NCBI GenBank assembly: GCA_016218585.1 | Contig: JACRDK010000006.1 | Span: forward strand, 1,823-65,822 | DNA: 64,000 nt | Source: Candidatus Doudnabacteria bacterium | GTDB taxonomy: Bacteria; Patescibacteriota; Doudnabacteria; UBA920 | Direction: 5' to 3' | Notes under the pieces: generated by a model | What the model saw: the letters and a program-made list of their open reading frames with translations, nothing else | Databases searched by the model: none | Told to the model about the DNA's origin: nothing | Shown here: positions 47,743 through 57,693 of the stretch, piece by piece | Position numbering within the stretch: the stretch's first letter is position 1 | Layout of the letters: each line of letters begins with the position of its first letter | Position numbers and translations under genes: made by a program

Positions 47743-48321
47743 ATGGAACTAAATACCATATTTTTTATAGGTCCGCAGGGAAGCGGCAAAGGAACCCAAG
47801 CCAGAAGACTGGCCGAACGTTTAAAATTCTTTTACTGGGAAATGGGCGGAATTTTAAGGGAAATTGCCAAAACCGATACCCCATTGGGCAATAAAGTTAA
47901 AGCCCTGATTGATTCCGGCACTCTGCTTTCCGACCAGGATTTATACGAAGTTGTAAAAGCAAGGCTAAAACAACTGCCAAAAAGCCAGGGTGTAATTTTT
48001 GACGGAATTCCGCGCCGCCTGGGCCAGGCAGAATTTTTATTTAACTACTTGGTAGGCCAGGGCAGAAAAAACTTCTCGACTTTGTTTGTAAATTTGCCTA
48101 AGCAGGAATCTGTAAACCGGTTAATGCTCAGGGCGGAAAAAGAAAAACGCGCGGACGATACATTGGAAAAAATTGAATTCCGCCTCAAACAATATGAAGC
48201 CGATACTGTGCCGGTCTTAGATTATTTAAAAGACAGAACCAGTTTTTTTGAAATTGACGGAACGCCCGACATTGATACTGTGAGCCAAAATATAAATAAG
48301 GCATTAGGACTAAATGACTAA
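47743..48321 (+). CDS. adk: Adenylate kinase family protein
   Basis: GPQGSGKGT, FDGIPR, RADD. Confidence 0.85.
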   Translation: MELNTIFFIGPQGSGKGTQARRLAERLKFFYWEMGGILREIAKTDTPLGNKVKALIDSGTLLSDQDLYEVVKARLKQLPKSQGVIFDGIPRRLGQAEFLFNYLVGQGRKNFSTLFVNLPKQESVNRLMLRAEKEKRADDTLEKIEFRLKQYEADTVPVLDYLKDRTSFFEIDGTPDIDTVSQNINKALGLND

Positions 48322-48922
48322 ACAACCACTTAACATAATTCTCTTGGGCGATCCGGCCAGCGGCAAAGCAACGCACGGGGCTTTTATTGCGAAAAAATAC
48401 AAAATGTACGACCTTGATATGGGGCGCGAACTGCGCTCCATTTCTAAAAATCCGGTTTTGCGCAAAAAATACCGCCTGGACGAAACTTTGGAAAAAGGAA
48501 AACTCACGCCGACAAAAATTGTCAGGCAAATTTTGCAGGACAGCATTGCCGCAGTGCCAAAAAGCCAGGGGCTATTATTGAATGGCACGCCAAAAATGAT
48601 TGGCGAAGCCAAACTGGTTACCAAGTGGCTCAAACAACAAAAGCGCGAGAGAACAATTTTTATTTATTTGTCCATTCCGCTCAAGGAAACTATTTTGCGC
48701 ATGACCGGCCGCAAAGAATACTTTAAAGGCAAGTTCTCCAAGCGCCCTGACGACAACAATAAAGCTTTAAAAAACCGCATTGCTTATTACCAAAAAAACA
48801 TTGCCGAGGTAGTTACCTATTTTAGAAAGCTTTATCCTTATACAAAAATTTCTACCATCGGCACCGTAAGCGAAGCCAAAAACCGCTTGCTGACAATATT
48901 AAAAAAGTACGAGAACATTTAA
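48314..48922 (+). CDS. Second, divergent adenylate kinase-like protein
   Basis: GDPASGKAT, LNGTPK, RPDD. Confidence 0.75.
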   Translation: MTKQPLNIILLGDPASGKATHGAFIAKKYKMYDLDMGRELRSISKNPVLRKKYRLDETLEKGKLTPTKIVRQILQDSIAAVPKSQGLLLNGTPKMIGEAKLVTKWLKQQKRERTIFIYLSIPLKETILRMTGRKEYFKGKFSKRPDDNNKALKNRIAYYQKNIAEVVTYFRKLYPYTKISTIGTVSEAKNRLLTILKKYENI

Positions 48923-48924
48923 TT

Positions 48925-49686
48925 ATGAAACGCGGGTTAATTAAAACTGAAAATGAAATAAACACCATAGCCGAAGGCGGCAAGCTTCTTCGCGATATTT
49001 TGGCGCAAACAGCGGCTTTGGTTAAACCCGGAATCTCCACGGCTTATTTAAATGACTTTGCGGAAAAAAAGATTTACGAAATTGGGGGGCGTCCGAGTTT
49101 TAAAAACTACGGCCCTAAAAAAAACCCTTTTCCCGCCGGGCTATGCACTTCAGTTAACGACGTTGTGGTGCACGGAATTCCAAACGAAGAAACTATTTTA
49201 AAAGTCGGCGATATTGTCGGGTTAGACATTGGAATGGAATACAAAGAACTTTATACCGATCATGCCATAACCGTGGCGGTTGGCGAAGTTACGCCGCAGG
49301 CAAAAAAATTAATGGAAGTAACCCAAAAATGTTTAAACTTGGCCATTAAAGAAGCGGCTCCGGGAAAGAAGACAGGGGACATTGGCTATATAATACAAAA
49401 AACCGCCGAAGACGCCGGGTTTAGCGTTATTCGCGATTTGGTAGGACACGGCGTGGGTTATGATGTGCACGAGGAACCGGCTGTTCCATGCTATGGCAAA
49501 AAAAATACCGGCGATGTTTTAAAACCGGGAATGGTCATTGCCATTGAACCAATGCTTACTTCGGGAGAATACTTTTTAACCTCAGACCCGGACGGATGGA
49601 CCCTGCGCACCGCCGACGGCAGTTTAGCAGCCCACTTTGAACACACAGTAGCTATTACGGACAAGGGGTCTAGAATACTTACTTAG
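48925..49686 (+). CDS. map: Methionine aminopeptidase type I
   Basis: CTSVNDVVVHGIP, GHGVG..HEEP, AIEPM, AHFEHT. Confidence 0.96.
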   Translation: MKRGLIKTENEINTIAEGGKLLRDILAQTAALVKPGISTAYLNDFAEKKIYEIGGRPSFKNYGPKKNPFPAGLCTSVNDVVVHGIPNEETILKVGDIVGLDIGMEYKELYTDHAITVAVGEVTPQAKKLMEVTQKCLNLAIKEAAPGKKTGDIGYIIQKTAEDAGFSVIRDLVGHGVGYDVHEEPAVPCYGKKNTGDVLKPGMVIAIEPMLTSGEYFLTSDPDGWTLRTADGSLAAHFEHTVAITDKGSRILT

Positions 49687-49720
49687 GGTGTAGTTAGTAG
49701 ATTGTAGTTGGTAGTAAATA

Positions 49721-49750
49721 TAAAAACAGCGGTTGACCCCGCTGTTTTTA
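49721..49750 (+). terminator. Intrinsic terminator
   Basis: TAAAAACAGCGG-CCGCTGTTTTTA. Confidence 0.7.
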
Positions 49751-49781
49751 TATGCAAATATTTCTATGAAAGGAGGACACT

Positions 49782-49970
49782 TTGAAGACTGTTGCGCTAC
49801 TGGATAAGTGTCCCAAATGCGGCGGCAACAACACTTGTACGATGTATGTCTCTACCCGAGAAACCATTGAGTGCAAGCACCCGGAAAACCCAGAATGGGT
49901 TGGTCTAAGAAAAGACCTAACCGCGCAGTCCAGAATCGTCTGCAAAGGCAAACCGAGACAAACCGGTTAG
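49782..49970 (+). CDS. Small Cys-rich (Zn-ribbon-like) hypothetical protein
   Basis: TTG start with SD AAGGAGGA, CPKC motif. Confidence 0.45.
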   Translation: MKTVALLDKCPKCGGNNTCTMYVSTRETIECKHPENPEWVGLRKDLTAQSRIVCKGKPRQTG

Positions 49971-50079
49971 CATCAAGCGCGTGGATACCAAAATATGCCG
50001 GGGAGCGATAATCACCCCGGCATTTAGAAATAAATCTTTTAATCCGCGTTATCTGTTTTTATCCGCGCATCCGCGATTA

Positions 50080-51900
50080 TTATTTCTTTTTTTCAATCTC
50101 TAATTTTAATTTTTCCGCAAATTTCTTTAGCGCCATTGTGCCCAAATCTTTTCCTTCCCGGCTTCTAATAGCAATCTTTTTAGCTTTAACTTCTTTCTCG
50201 CCCAAAATAATTTGGTACGGAATTTTTTGCATGCTGGCCTCGCGGATTTTTTTACCAACACTTTCATCGCGGTCGTCCAGTTCTATTCTTAACTCTTCAT
50301 TCAAAATTCCTAATTCTTTTTGTACTTTTTTGGCATAAGCATTCTGTTTTTTGCTAATTGGCAAAATTGCCACTTGAACAGGGGAGAGCCACAACGGAAA
50401 GGCTCCGGCATAGTGTTCAATCAGCAATCCAATAAACCGCTCCATAGAACCATAAATTACGCGATGTACGACCACAGGAGTTTTTCGAGAACCATCAGCG
50501 GCAATGTATTCCAAACCGAAACGCTTAGGCTGCTGGAAATCTAATTGTATTGTTCCAGTCTGCCACTCGCGGCCCAAAGCATCTTTCATTAAAATATCAA
50601 TCTTCGGTCCGTAAAATGCCCCATCTCCTTCTTCTATAAAATATTTCACCCCAGATTTTTCCAAAATTCTTTTAAGCGCACTTTCAGCCTTATTCCAAGT
50701 TTCAATGTCCCCTAAAAACCCTTCTGGCCTAGTTCCTAAACGGAAATGATATTCCATTTTAAAAATTCCATAAAACAGTTTGGCAATTTTAAATATCTCA
50801 CCAAACTCGTCTTCAATCATCTCCTCGGTAATAAAGTTATGTGAATCATCTTGCCTAAAAGATCTAACTCGCAACAGCCCATTAAGTGTTCCAGCCAGCT
50901 CATAGCGATGTAAAATATCTGTATCAGAAAATCTTAATGGCAAATCTTTATAAGATCGTAGTTTTGAGCCAAAAACCAGCATAGCGTTTGGGCAATTCAT
51001 GGCTTTTACCCCATAAACATCATTTTCCCCCATATCAGCAATAAACATATTCTCTTTGTAGTGATCCCAATGCCCTGAAGTTTCCCAAAGCTCTTTTTTG
51101 TTAACTAGGGGCGCGGAAATTTCCAGGTAACCGCGCTTCCTGTGCTCTTTGCGCCAGAATTCAAGTAAACCATTAAATACCACCATACCTTTAGGCAACC
51201 AATATGGCTCACCAGGAGCCGTTGGGTGGAACATAAACAAATCTAACTTTGGCCCCAAGATTTTGTGGTCTCTTTTCTCTGCTTCTTCTAGCTGGTGAAG
51301 ATACTCAGCCATTTCTTCTTTTGTTTCAAACGCCAAACCGTAGATGCGCTGCATTTGCGGATTTTTTTGGTCGCCGCGCCAGTACGCTCCTGAAGTTTTG
51401 CTTAATTTAAAAGCATCTGTTTTTATTTGTGAAGTATTTTCCACATGTCCGCCACGGCACAAATCTATAAACTTTCCTGTTTTATAAAGCGAGACCTTGT
51501 CTATGCCGGAAGATGTCGATTTGTCTAATTCCTGATTCTTAATTCCTGATTCCTGATTCAATACGGCATCTGCTTTGGTTGTGCCAAACTTTTCTATGTC
51601 TTCAATCAACTGAATTTTAAACGGCTGGTTTTGCCCTTTAAAAAATTCCTTTGCTTCGGCAGTGCTTTGCTCAATTCTTTCAAAATCAAGCTTAGACTGG
51701 ACTAGCGCGCGCATTCTTTTTTCCAGTTTAGATAAATCATCTGGGGTTAGAGAACGGGGGAGCAGGAAATCATAAAAAAATCCGTTGTCTATAACCGGGC
51801 CAACGCCAAGCTGAGCCTTTGGAAACATTTCCACAACCGCGGAAGCGAGTATGTGGGCTAACGAATGGCGGATATTGTGCAGTTTTTCTTGTTTGTCCAT
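50080..51900 (-). CDS. thrS: Threonyl-tRNA synthetase (no N-terminal TGS domain)
   Basis: RHSLAH, DLCRGGH, KAMNCP, AFYGPKID, HRVIYGSMERF. Confidence 0.96.
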   Translation of the reverse strand: MDKQEKLHNIRHSLAHILASAVVEMFPKAQLGVGPVIDNGFFYDFLLPRSLTPDDLSKLEKRMRALVQSKLDFERIEQSTAEAKEFFKGQNQPFKIQLIEDIEKFGTTKADAVLNQESGIKNQELDKSTSSGIDKVSLYKTGKFIDLCRGGHVENTSQIKTDAFKLSKTSGAYWRGDQKNPQMQRIYGLAFETKEEMAEYLHQLEEAEKRDHKILGPKLDLFMFHPTAPGEPYWLPKGMVVFNGLLEFWRKEHRKRGYLEISAPLVNKKELWETSGHWDHYKENMFIADMGENDVYGVKAMNCPNAMLVFGSKLRSYKDLPLRFSDTDILHRYELAGTLNGLLRVRSFRQDDSHNFITEEMIEDEFGEIFKIAKLFYGIFKMEYHFRLGTRPEGFLGDIETWNKAESALKRILEKSGVKYFIEEGDGAFYGPKIDILMKDALGREWQTGTIQLDFQQPKRFGLEYIAADGSRKTPVVVHRVIYGSMERFIGLLIEHYAGAFPLWLSPVQVAILPISKKQNAYAKKVQKELGILNEELRIELDDRDESVGKKIREASMQKIPYQIILGEKEVKAKKIAIRSREGKDLGTMALKKFAEKLKLEIEKKK

Positions 51901-52049
51901 AAAGTTTACTAATACGCGATACTAATATACAAATTTACAAATATTAACGAAGTTAACTAATACTATCCAAAAAAAAATTTAAATAACATTAGTTATAGTT
52001 CGTTGCATTCGTACAAATCAGTATATTGGTATCATTAATTATTTGTTAA

Positions 52050-52266
52050 TAACAAAACCCCGAGATCCACTTATTATAAATAATAATAAGTAAATCCCGG
52101 GGCCTTGGTTTTTCCCAAGACGTTTCCGTCCCAGTTTTTCCCGCTCTTTGTTACAAAGAACGGGAACTTTTAACCTAAAACAGTCTCTAGAACCAGTTTT
52201 AGATTTATTGATTCAATTGTTTCAAGCTCACTAACTTGGTAAGGCTAGATCATCGCTTGAAGAACT
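52050..52266 (-). promoter_or_regulatory. T-box-like riboswitch (Thr ACC specifier, ultrashort stem I) with intrinsic terminator
   Basis: K-turn GC-GAUGA..UGA-GC, apical ACC, AACUGGGACGGAAACGUC T-box variant, mutually exclusive antiterminator and terminator. Confidence 0.7.
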
Positions 52267-52272
52267 AAATTG

Positions 52273-52301
52273 ATTATAATATAACTGCTTTATCTTGGCA
52301 A
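52273..52301 (-). promoter_or_regulatory. Sigma70 promoter for thrS leader
   Basis: TTGCCA-17 nt-TATAAT on the minus strand. Confidence 0.7.
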
Positions 52302-52472
52302 TACCACTTTTCCACAATATTTTTGGCTTATTTAAGATAACTTTTAAAAATTACTCTCGCTATCTTTGACAATTAAGCCCCTTCGGTGCTATTTTTACCG
52401 CGATAGGCCAACAGGAGGGCAAATGTCTTTTTGCTTTCCAAGCGGCACCAAAAGTGTACAAAAGGAACTGAG

Positions 52473-52709
52473 ATGAAATCGATAAAGGTCTGCGGTTGCG
52501 TCGCGCTGATCATTGGCCTGCTAGTGCAAGCCATGATCTATAGCGAAAGTTTGATGAATTGGAAACTGGACGCCTTTAAGGGTCCCAGTTTCATCGTCAT
52601 CTTGGCCGGGGCTTTAATGGTAGCCGTTCCCTCAGTATTTCAGCGGTTTTCTGAGAGGAAGCGGCAACAAGAAGCTTCGTTGTCTCACGGCACGTTCGGC
52701 GACATCTGA
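52473..52709 (+). CDS. Small 2-TM hypothetical protein
   Basis: MKSIKV start with AAGGAA upstream, hydrophobic helices. Confidence 0.45.
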   Translation: MKSIKVCGCVALIIGLLVQAMIYSESLMNWKLDAFKGPSFIVILAGALMVAVPSVFQRFSERKRQQEASLSHGTFGDI

Positions 52710-52731
52710 CGAGCTAGCCCAAGGAGGTGGC

Positions 52732-52848
52732 ATGTCAAAGATTCAAATACTTTTAAGTGCTCTCCTCTTGGGGGCAGCTGCGATCGTTTTCTACTTATGC
52801 AACACTTCCGGCCGCAAAGGCCGTATTTGGGGCAAACCAAACAACTAG
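52732..52848 (+). CDS. 38-aa single-TM peptide (not in ORF track)
   Basis: Perfect SD AAGGAGGT, MSKIQILLSALLLGAAAIVFYLC..., followed by a CGCCGCGGACC/GGTCCGCGGCG hairpin. Confidence 0.45.
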   Translation: MSKIQILLSALLLGAAAIVFYLCNTSGRKGRIWGKPNN

Positions 52849-53060
52849 ACAGCATACGCCGCGGACCAAGCATTCTCTCGGTCCGCGGCGCAACCATTTT
52901 TATTAAATTTATTTGTTTATAACTCTCACATTTGTGAATTTTATGAACAACTGTTTATGTAAAAAATAATCCTCGAGAGATTCTTCATCCTCTGATGCGC
53001 TTACCCGGACTCAGAATGACGCCGTGCATTCATCCGCGCAATCTGTGTTTATCTGTGATC

Positions 53061-53080
53061 CCTGCCTACCGGCAGGCAGG
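53061..53080. repeat. 20-bp palindromic element within repeat arm
   Basis: CCTGCCTACCGGCAGGCAGG. Confidence 0.75.
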
Positions 53081-53085
53081 CGCGA

Positions 53086-56000
53086 TTAACTAACATCTAT
53101 CATCACTATTTCCGGAACATTGTGCAGCTCTTCCATTAAATCATTGCTCATACCCACCAGGGTTTGGGTTTTTATTTTTTTGGAGCGGGCGCCGGTGCCA
53201 ACGGACAAATAAACCTGCACATTGCCCGGATGTTTTTCCAAAATATTTTTAATGCTATTTAACGCGGCCATATTTACCAGGCTATCCATGTGTAAAATTA
53301 ACTGCTTATTTTTTTCCATCTCATTTAATGCCATTCCATAAAGTTCGTCGTTAGGCAATTCTTTAATTTCATCGGCAATTAATTTAAACTCTTCATCTTT
53401 ATCCGATAGCCGTCCCGAGACCTGGACTATTTTATCATCCGCCAAAAACGGTAATGCTTTTTCCATAACTTTAGGAAAAACCAGCACCTCTACGCTGCCG
53501 GTAACATCGGACAGGGTAAAAAATGCCATTGGGTCGTGTTTTTTGGTAAGCGTGCGCTTAAGCCGGGAAATTATGCCTCCCATAACCACGTTAGCGCCCA
53601 ACTCATCCAAACTCAAACTCTTTACATTGCGCATATTGCCCAAAACTTTTCTATAAACATCCAGCGGATGAGCGGAAACATACATTCCCAAAAGCTCCTT
53701 CTCCCACAATAGCATTTCTTCTTTAGTAGCCGCGGCCGCGGGTTTTAACTTCAGCTTTCCGGCTGTGTATGCGCCGCCAAACAGAGACCCTTGCTCGCTG
53801 TTTACATCTTTATAATATTGGCGAATAAAATTTAAAACTTCTTCCGTGTTGTTGAGCAACTGACCTCTTTCGCCAAAGGCATCCAGCGCTCCAACCTTGC
53901 ACAAAGCTTCCCAGGATTTTTTATTCAAATTTTTTGTGTAAGTCCGAATTAGCAAGTCGTCTAAATCTTTAAACTTCCCGCCTGCTGCGCGCTGCTCTAT
54001 TATTTTGGCTATAACATCATTGCCTAAATTTTTAATGGCGTTCAAACCAAAACGAATATTTTTCTCATCTACCACGGTAAAATCTCCCAGAGATTCATTT
54101 ACATCCGGCGGCAGCACAGCAATGCCAAGAGCTTTACAGTCTTCCACTGCTTCGTAAATTTTGTCTTCATCGCCGGATTCAGCGGTCATTAAAGCCGCCA
54201 TAAACTCCACCGGATAATTTGCCTTCATATAGGCCGTCTGGTAAGACACCACGGAATAACTGGCCGAGTGCGCTTTGTTAAAACCATAGGCGGCAAACGG
54301 CTCAATCCAGGCCCAAATATCTTCGGCTTTTTTATGGCTCCACTTGGAAGTTTCCTGGCATCCCTGAATAAATTTAATTTTCTGCTTAGCCATTTCTTCC
54401 GGAATCTTTTTTCCAACGGCTTTTCTAAACTTGTCTACTTCTTCCCAGGAATAGCCGGCCAAGTCGTGCGCAATGGAAAGCAAATCATCCTGATATACCA
54501 AAATTCCGTAAGTACGGCGCAAAATCTTTTCAAACGCCGGATCAAAATAGGTAATCAGCCCGGGGTTATGTTTGCGGCGAATATATTCTTCAATAAATTG
54601 CATCGGACCGGGGCGATACAAGGCTATCATAGCCATAATATCAAAAATGCTCGACGGCTGAAGTTCTTTTAAGTGTCTGGTCATTCCCGAGGAACCCAAT
54701 TGAAACACCCCAAAAGTTAAACCTTCGGATAACAGCTTAAAAGTTTTAGGGTCGGGATGGGGGAGATTATAAATATCAATATTAATATTGTGTCTGGCTT
54801 GCACCAAATTTACCGCGGTTTCCAAAATGGAAAGGTTGCGAATTCCAAGCAAGTCCAGCTTAACCACGCCAATAGCGTGTGAAGACGCGTTCACGTCGAG
54901 CGCGTACATGTCGTACTGGGTAATAATTCTTTCCCCGTCCGGTTCTTTTTGCAGCGGAGTGTAATCGGTAAGGTCCGTCGGGGTTATAACAATTCCGGCC
55001 GCGTGCACCGAAGCATGTCGGGCGCAGCCTTCTAGTTTTCTGGCAATAGTTAATACGCGTTTGGTTTCCGGATCGTGGTCATAAATTTCTTTTAATTCCG
55101 CATTCATATCCAGGGCCTTGTCCAAAGTCATATGAAAACCCTGTTTGCCTATGGGAATCATTTTTGCAATTTGGTCGCACTTGGAATAGGGGACGGCCAG
55201 AGCGCGGCCAACATCGCGCACCGCAGCGCGGGCCATCATAGTTCCAAAAGTAATAATTTGCGCGACTTTTTCCTTGCCATATTTTTGCGTAATATAAGCA
55301 ATGGCTTCGTCGCGGCGGTTATCGGCAATGTCCAAGTCAATATCCGGCGGGGTTGGGCGATGCATTGTTAAAAAACGTTCGAACGGCAATTCATAATACA
55401 GCGGATCAACATTGGTAATTCCTAAAATTCTTCCCACAATGCTTCCGGCAGCGGAGCCTCTGGTGTTGGTAATGGCGCCAATGCTGTGCGCGCCCTGAAC
55501 CACGTCGGCCACCATTAAAAAGTAAGTGTCAAAACCTTTTTTACAAATAATATTTAACTCGTAATCTATGCGCTCTTTAATCGCGTCCGACAATTGGCCA
55601 TTTTCGCCATAAAGCGGCAGAGCTTTTTCATAAGTTACCTGGCGAAGATACTGCTCTGTGGTCAAGCCTTCCGGAATTTCCACCTGAGGGAAGTAGCGCT
55701 GGTCAATGGCAATTTCCGTATTGCACATATCCGCAATCTTTTGCGTATTAGAAATTGCTTCCGGGACATCGTAAAATAATTCTTCCATTTTTTCCGGAGA
55801 CTTTAGGGACAGATCATAAGCGCGCATATCTAAACGATCTTCGTCGTTAACGGTTCTGCCCGTGCCAATACAAACCATAACATCCTGCGCCTCGGCGTCT
55901 TCCGGATAAATATAGTGGCAGTCCGCGGTAGCCACCAGGCCCAAACCGTTTGCTTTAGCTAAAGCAATAAGTTTGTTATTTAATTCCGTTTCTTTAGGGT

Positions 56001-56544
56001 CGGCGTTGCGGCTGTTTCTTTGAATTTCAATAAACAGGCGTTCGGCTGTAAAAATATTTAAATATTTTTGCAAAACTTTTTGTGCCTCTGTTTCAGACTT
56101 GTTCATAACTGCCCGCGCAATTTCTCCGCGCATGCAGCCCGATAAACAAATTAAACCCTCGCTATGTTCCGCCAAATAGTCAGTATCAATTCTGGGCTTA
56201 TAATAAAAACCTTCCAAATGCCCGGTGGTAGTTAGCTTAATTAAATTTTTGTAACCAACTTCATTTTGCGCCAGCAGGGTTAAATGAAAATAGTCGGCAT
56301 CGGCGCGGCCGTCTTTGTCGGTCATTTTATTTGGGGAAATATATGCCTCAAGCCCAATAATCGGCTTAATCTTTTCCGCCCGGCATTTGTTGTAAAAGTC
56401 TATTACCCCATACATAACACCATGGTCGGTTATGGCTAAGGAATCCATACCTAACTCTTTGGTCCGCTCTACCAGCGGATCAATTTTAGACAAACCATCT
56501 AACAGGGAATAATGGCTATGGCAATGGAGGTGGGTAAATGGCAT
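53086..56544 (-). CDS. dnaE: DNA polymerase III alpha subunit
   Basis: PHP HLHCHSHYSLLDG, RGSAAGS, PDIDLD, YGFNKAHS, OB domain. Confidence 0.97.
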   Translation of the reverse strand: MPFTHLHCHSHYSLLDGLSKIDPLVERTKELGMDSLAITDHGVMYGVIDFYNKCRAEKIKPIIGLEAYISPNKMTDKDGRADADYFHLTLLAQNEVGYKNLIKLTTTGHLEGFYYKPRIDTDYLAEHSEGLICLSGCMRGEIARAVMNKSETEAQKVLQKYLNIFTAERLFIEIQRNSRNADPKETELNNKLIALAKANGLGLVATADCHYIYPEDAEAQDVMVCIGTGRTVNDEDRLDMRAYDLSLKSPEKMEELFYDVPEAISNTQKIADMCNTEIAIDQRYFPQVEIPEGLTTEQYLRQVTYEKALPLYGENGQLSDAIKERIDYELNIICKKGFDTYFLMVADVVQGAHSIGAITNTRGSAAGSIVGRILGITNVDPLYYELPFERFLTMHRPTPPDIDLDIADNRRDEAIAYITQKYGKEKVAQIITFGTMMARAAVRDVGRALAVPYSKCDQIAKMIPIGKQGFHMTLDKALDMNAELKEIYDHDPETKRVLTIARKLEGCARHASVHAAGIVITPTDLTDYTPLQKEPDGERIITQYDMYALDVNASSHAIGVVKLDLLGIRNLSILETAVNLVQARHNINIDIYNLPHPDPKTFKLLSEGLTFGVFQLGSSGMTRHLKELQPSSIFDIMAMIALYRPGPMQFIEEYIRRKHNPGLITYFDPAFEKILRRTYGILVYQDDLLSIAHDLAGYSWEEVDKFRKAVGKKIPEEMAKQKIKFIQGCQETSKWSHKKAEDIWAWIEPFAAYGFNKAHSASYSVVSYQTAYMKANYPVEFMAALMTAESGDEDKIYEAVEDCKALGIAVLPPDVNESLGDFTVVDEKNIRFGLNAIKNLGNDVIAKIIEQRAAGGKFKDLDDLLIRTYTKNLNKKSWEALCKVGALDAFGERGQLLNNTEEVLNFIRQYYKDVNSEQGSLFGGAYTAGKLKLKPAAAATKEEMLLWEKELLGMYVSAHPLDVYRKVLGNMRNVKSLSLDELGANVVMGGIISRLKRTLTKKHDPMAFFTLSDVTGSVEVLVFPKVMEKALPFLADDKIVQVSGRLSDKDEEFKLIADEIKELPNDELYGMALNEMEKNKQLILHMDSLVNMAALNSIKNILEKHPGNVQVYLSVGTGARSKKIKTQTLVGMSNDLMEELHNVPEIVMIDVS

Positions 56545-56776
56545 AAGATATTTTGAGCTTTATTTGGCATCTTCATTCGGTTAGATGAATAGTTTAAAAC
56601 CAACAAGGGCCTGGCTAACTCATCGGCCTTATCATCAGTTTTTTTGAAGATGGCTTTTAATTGGTTTTTTGGGTTTCCGTAGCGAATCTAATCTGTATTT
56701 CCGCGGGAAGCTTCTTAATATTACCAAAAAGCGGCAGATTTTGCTATAATCAATGTGTAAAAAAACCAAACAAAAT

Positions 56777-57640
56777 ATGTCCATTCTTAAAGACAAAATT
56801 GAAATTGGAATAGAAGAAGCCGAGCTAGGGGTAGAGCAGTCCTTAAGCCAAATGCCGCCGCTTCTTAAATGGTATTTTATTATAGGAATAATCGCTATAA
56901 TTCCGGCATATTTTATCGCCAAAAATATTTCTTTTAAAATTTGGCAAAAAAATTATGCAGTTTATGCGGTCACGGCAAAACCCAGCTTTACTAACCCTAA
57001 AGACCTGTCTGTTTCCGACATTAGCGTAACCTCTCAGGGGCCAAATACTTTTGCCGCTCTAGTTAAGATTACTAATCCTAACTTAGATTTGTCTGCGCAA
57101 AATATTAATTATCGTTTTAATTTTTATAACTCTTCAAAGACCCTAATTTATTCCAGCCCAACAAACAATTTTTTCATTCTGCCAAACCAAAGCAAATATT
57201 TAACAGCAACCAAATTTACCAGCAGCGACGCCATTGCTTACGCGGAGGTAAAAATAGACCCTAACATTGCCTGGCAAAAGCGCCTGCAAATTCCGCAGGT
57301 AAAATTGCTTACCTCGGTTCCATCCACCTATCAGCAAAATTCACCTGCAGCATTTGTGGTAGAAGGGGACTTTACCAACCAAAGCCCTTATTTGCTGGGA
57401 CAGGTTAAACTTACTTTCGTCCTTTATAACACGGCAAACAAAATTATCGGAGTTAGCGAACGAACTGAATTTACCGTAAGCCCATTCGAGCGCCGCGGCT
57501 ACAAACAGCTCTGGCCAAATATGGCGGCTCCGCAGCTTTCTAAAGTAGAAATTATTGCCGACACTAACACTTTAGATTCCGGCAACCTAAAAATTCTTGA
57601 GTCTTCCTCAAGTTCCGCCTCAGACTTGGGCCGGCCCTAA
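56777..57640 (+). CDS. Membrane-anchored protein with Ig-like (FxLYD-like) domains
   Basis: TM, FNFYN and FVLYN motifs. Confidence 0.6.
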   Translation: MSILKDKIEIGIEEAELGVEQSLSQMPPLLKWYFIIGIIAIIPAYFIAKNISFKIWQKNYAVYAVTAKPSFTNPKDLSVSDISVTSQGPNTFAALVKITNPNLDLSAQNINYRFNFYNSSKTLIYSSPTNNFFILPNQSKYLTATKFTSSDAIAYAEVKIDPNIAWQKRLQIPQVKLLTSVPSTYQQNSPAAFVVEGDFTNQSPYLLGQVKLTFVLYNTANKIIGVSERTEFTVSPFERRGYKQLWPNMAAPQLSKVEIIADTNTLDSGNLKILESSSSSASDLGRP

Positions 57641-57693
57641 GCTGCAAAACTTTTCACCATACCAACAGATTATAGTTCTGACCGAAGAGACCA

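Noticed and set aside
56600-56640. Hammerhead ribozyme (CTGATGA)
   Set aside because: No GAAA directly after stem II and no matching stem III/NUH site.
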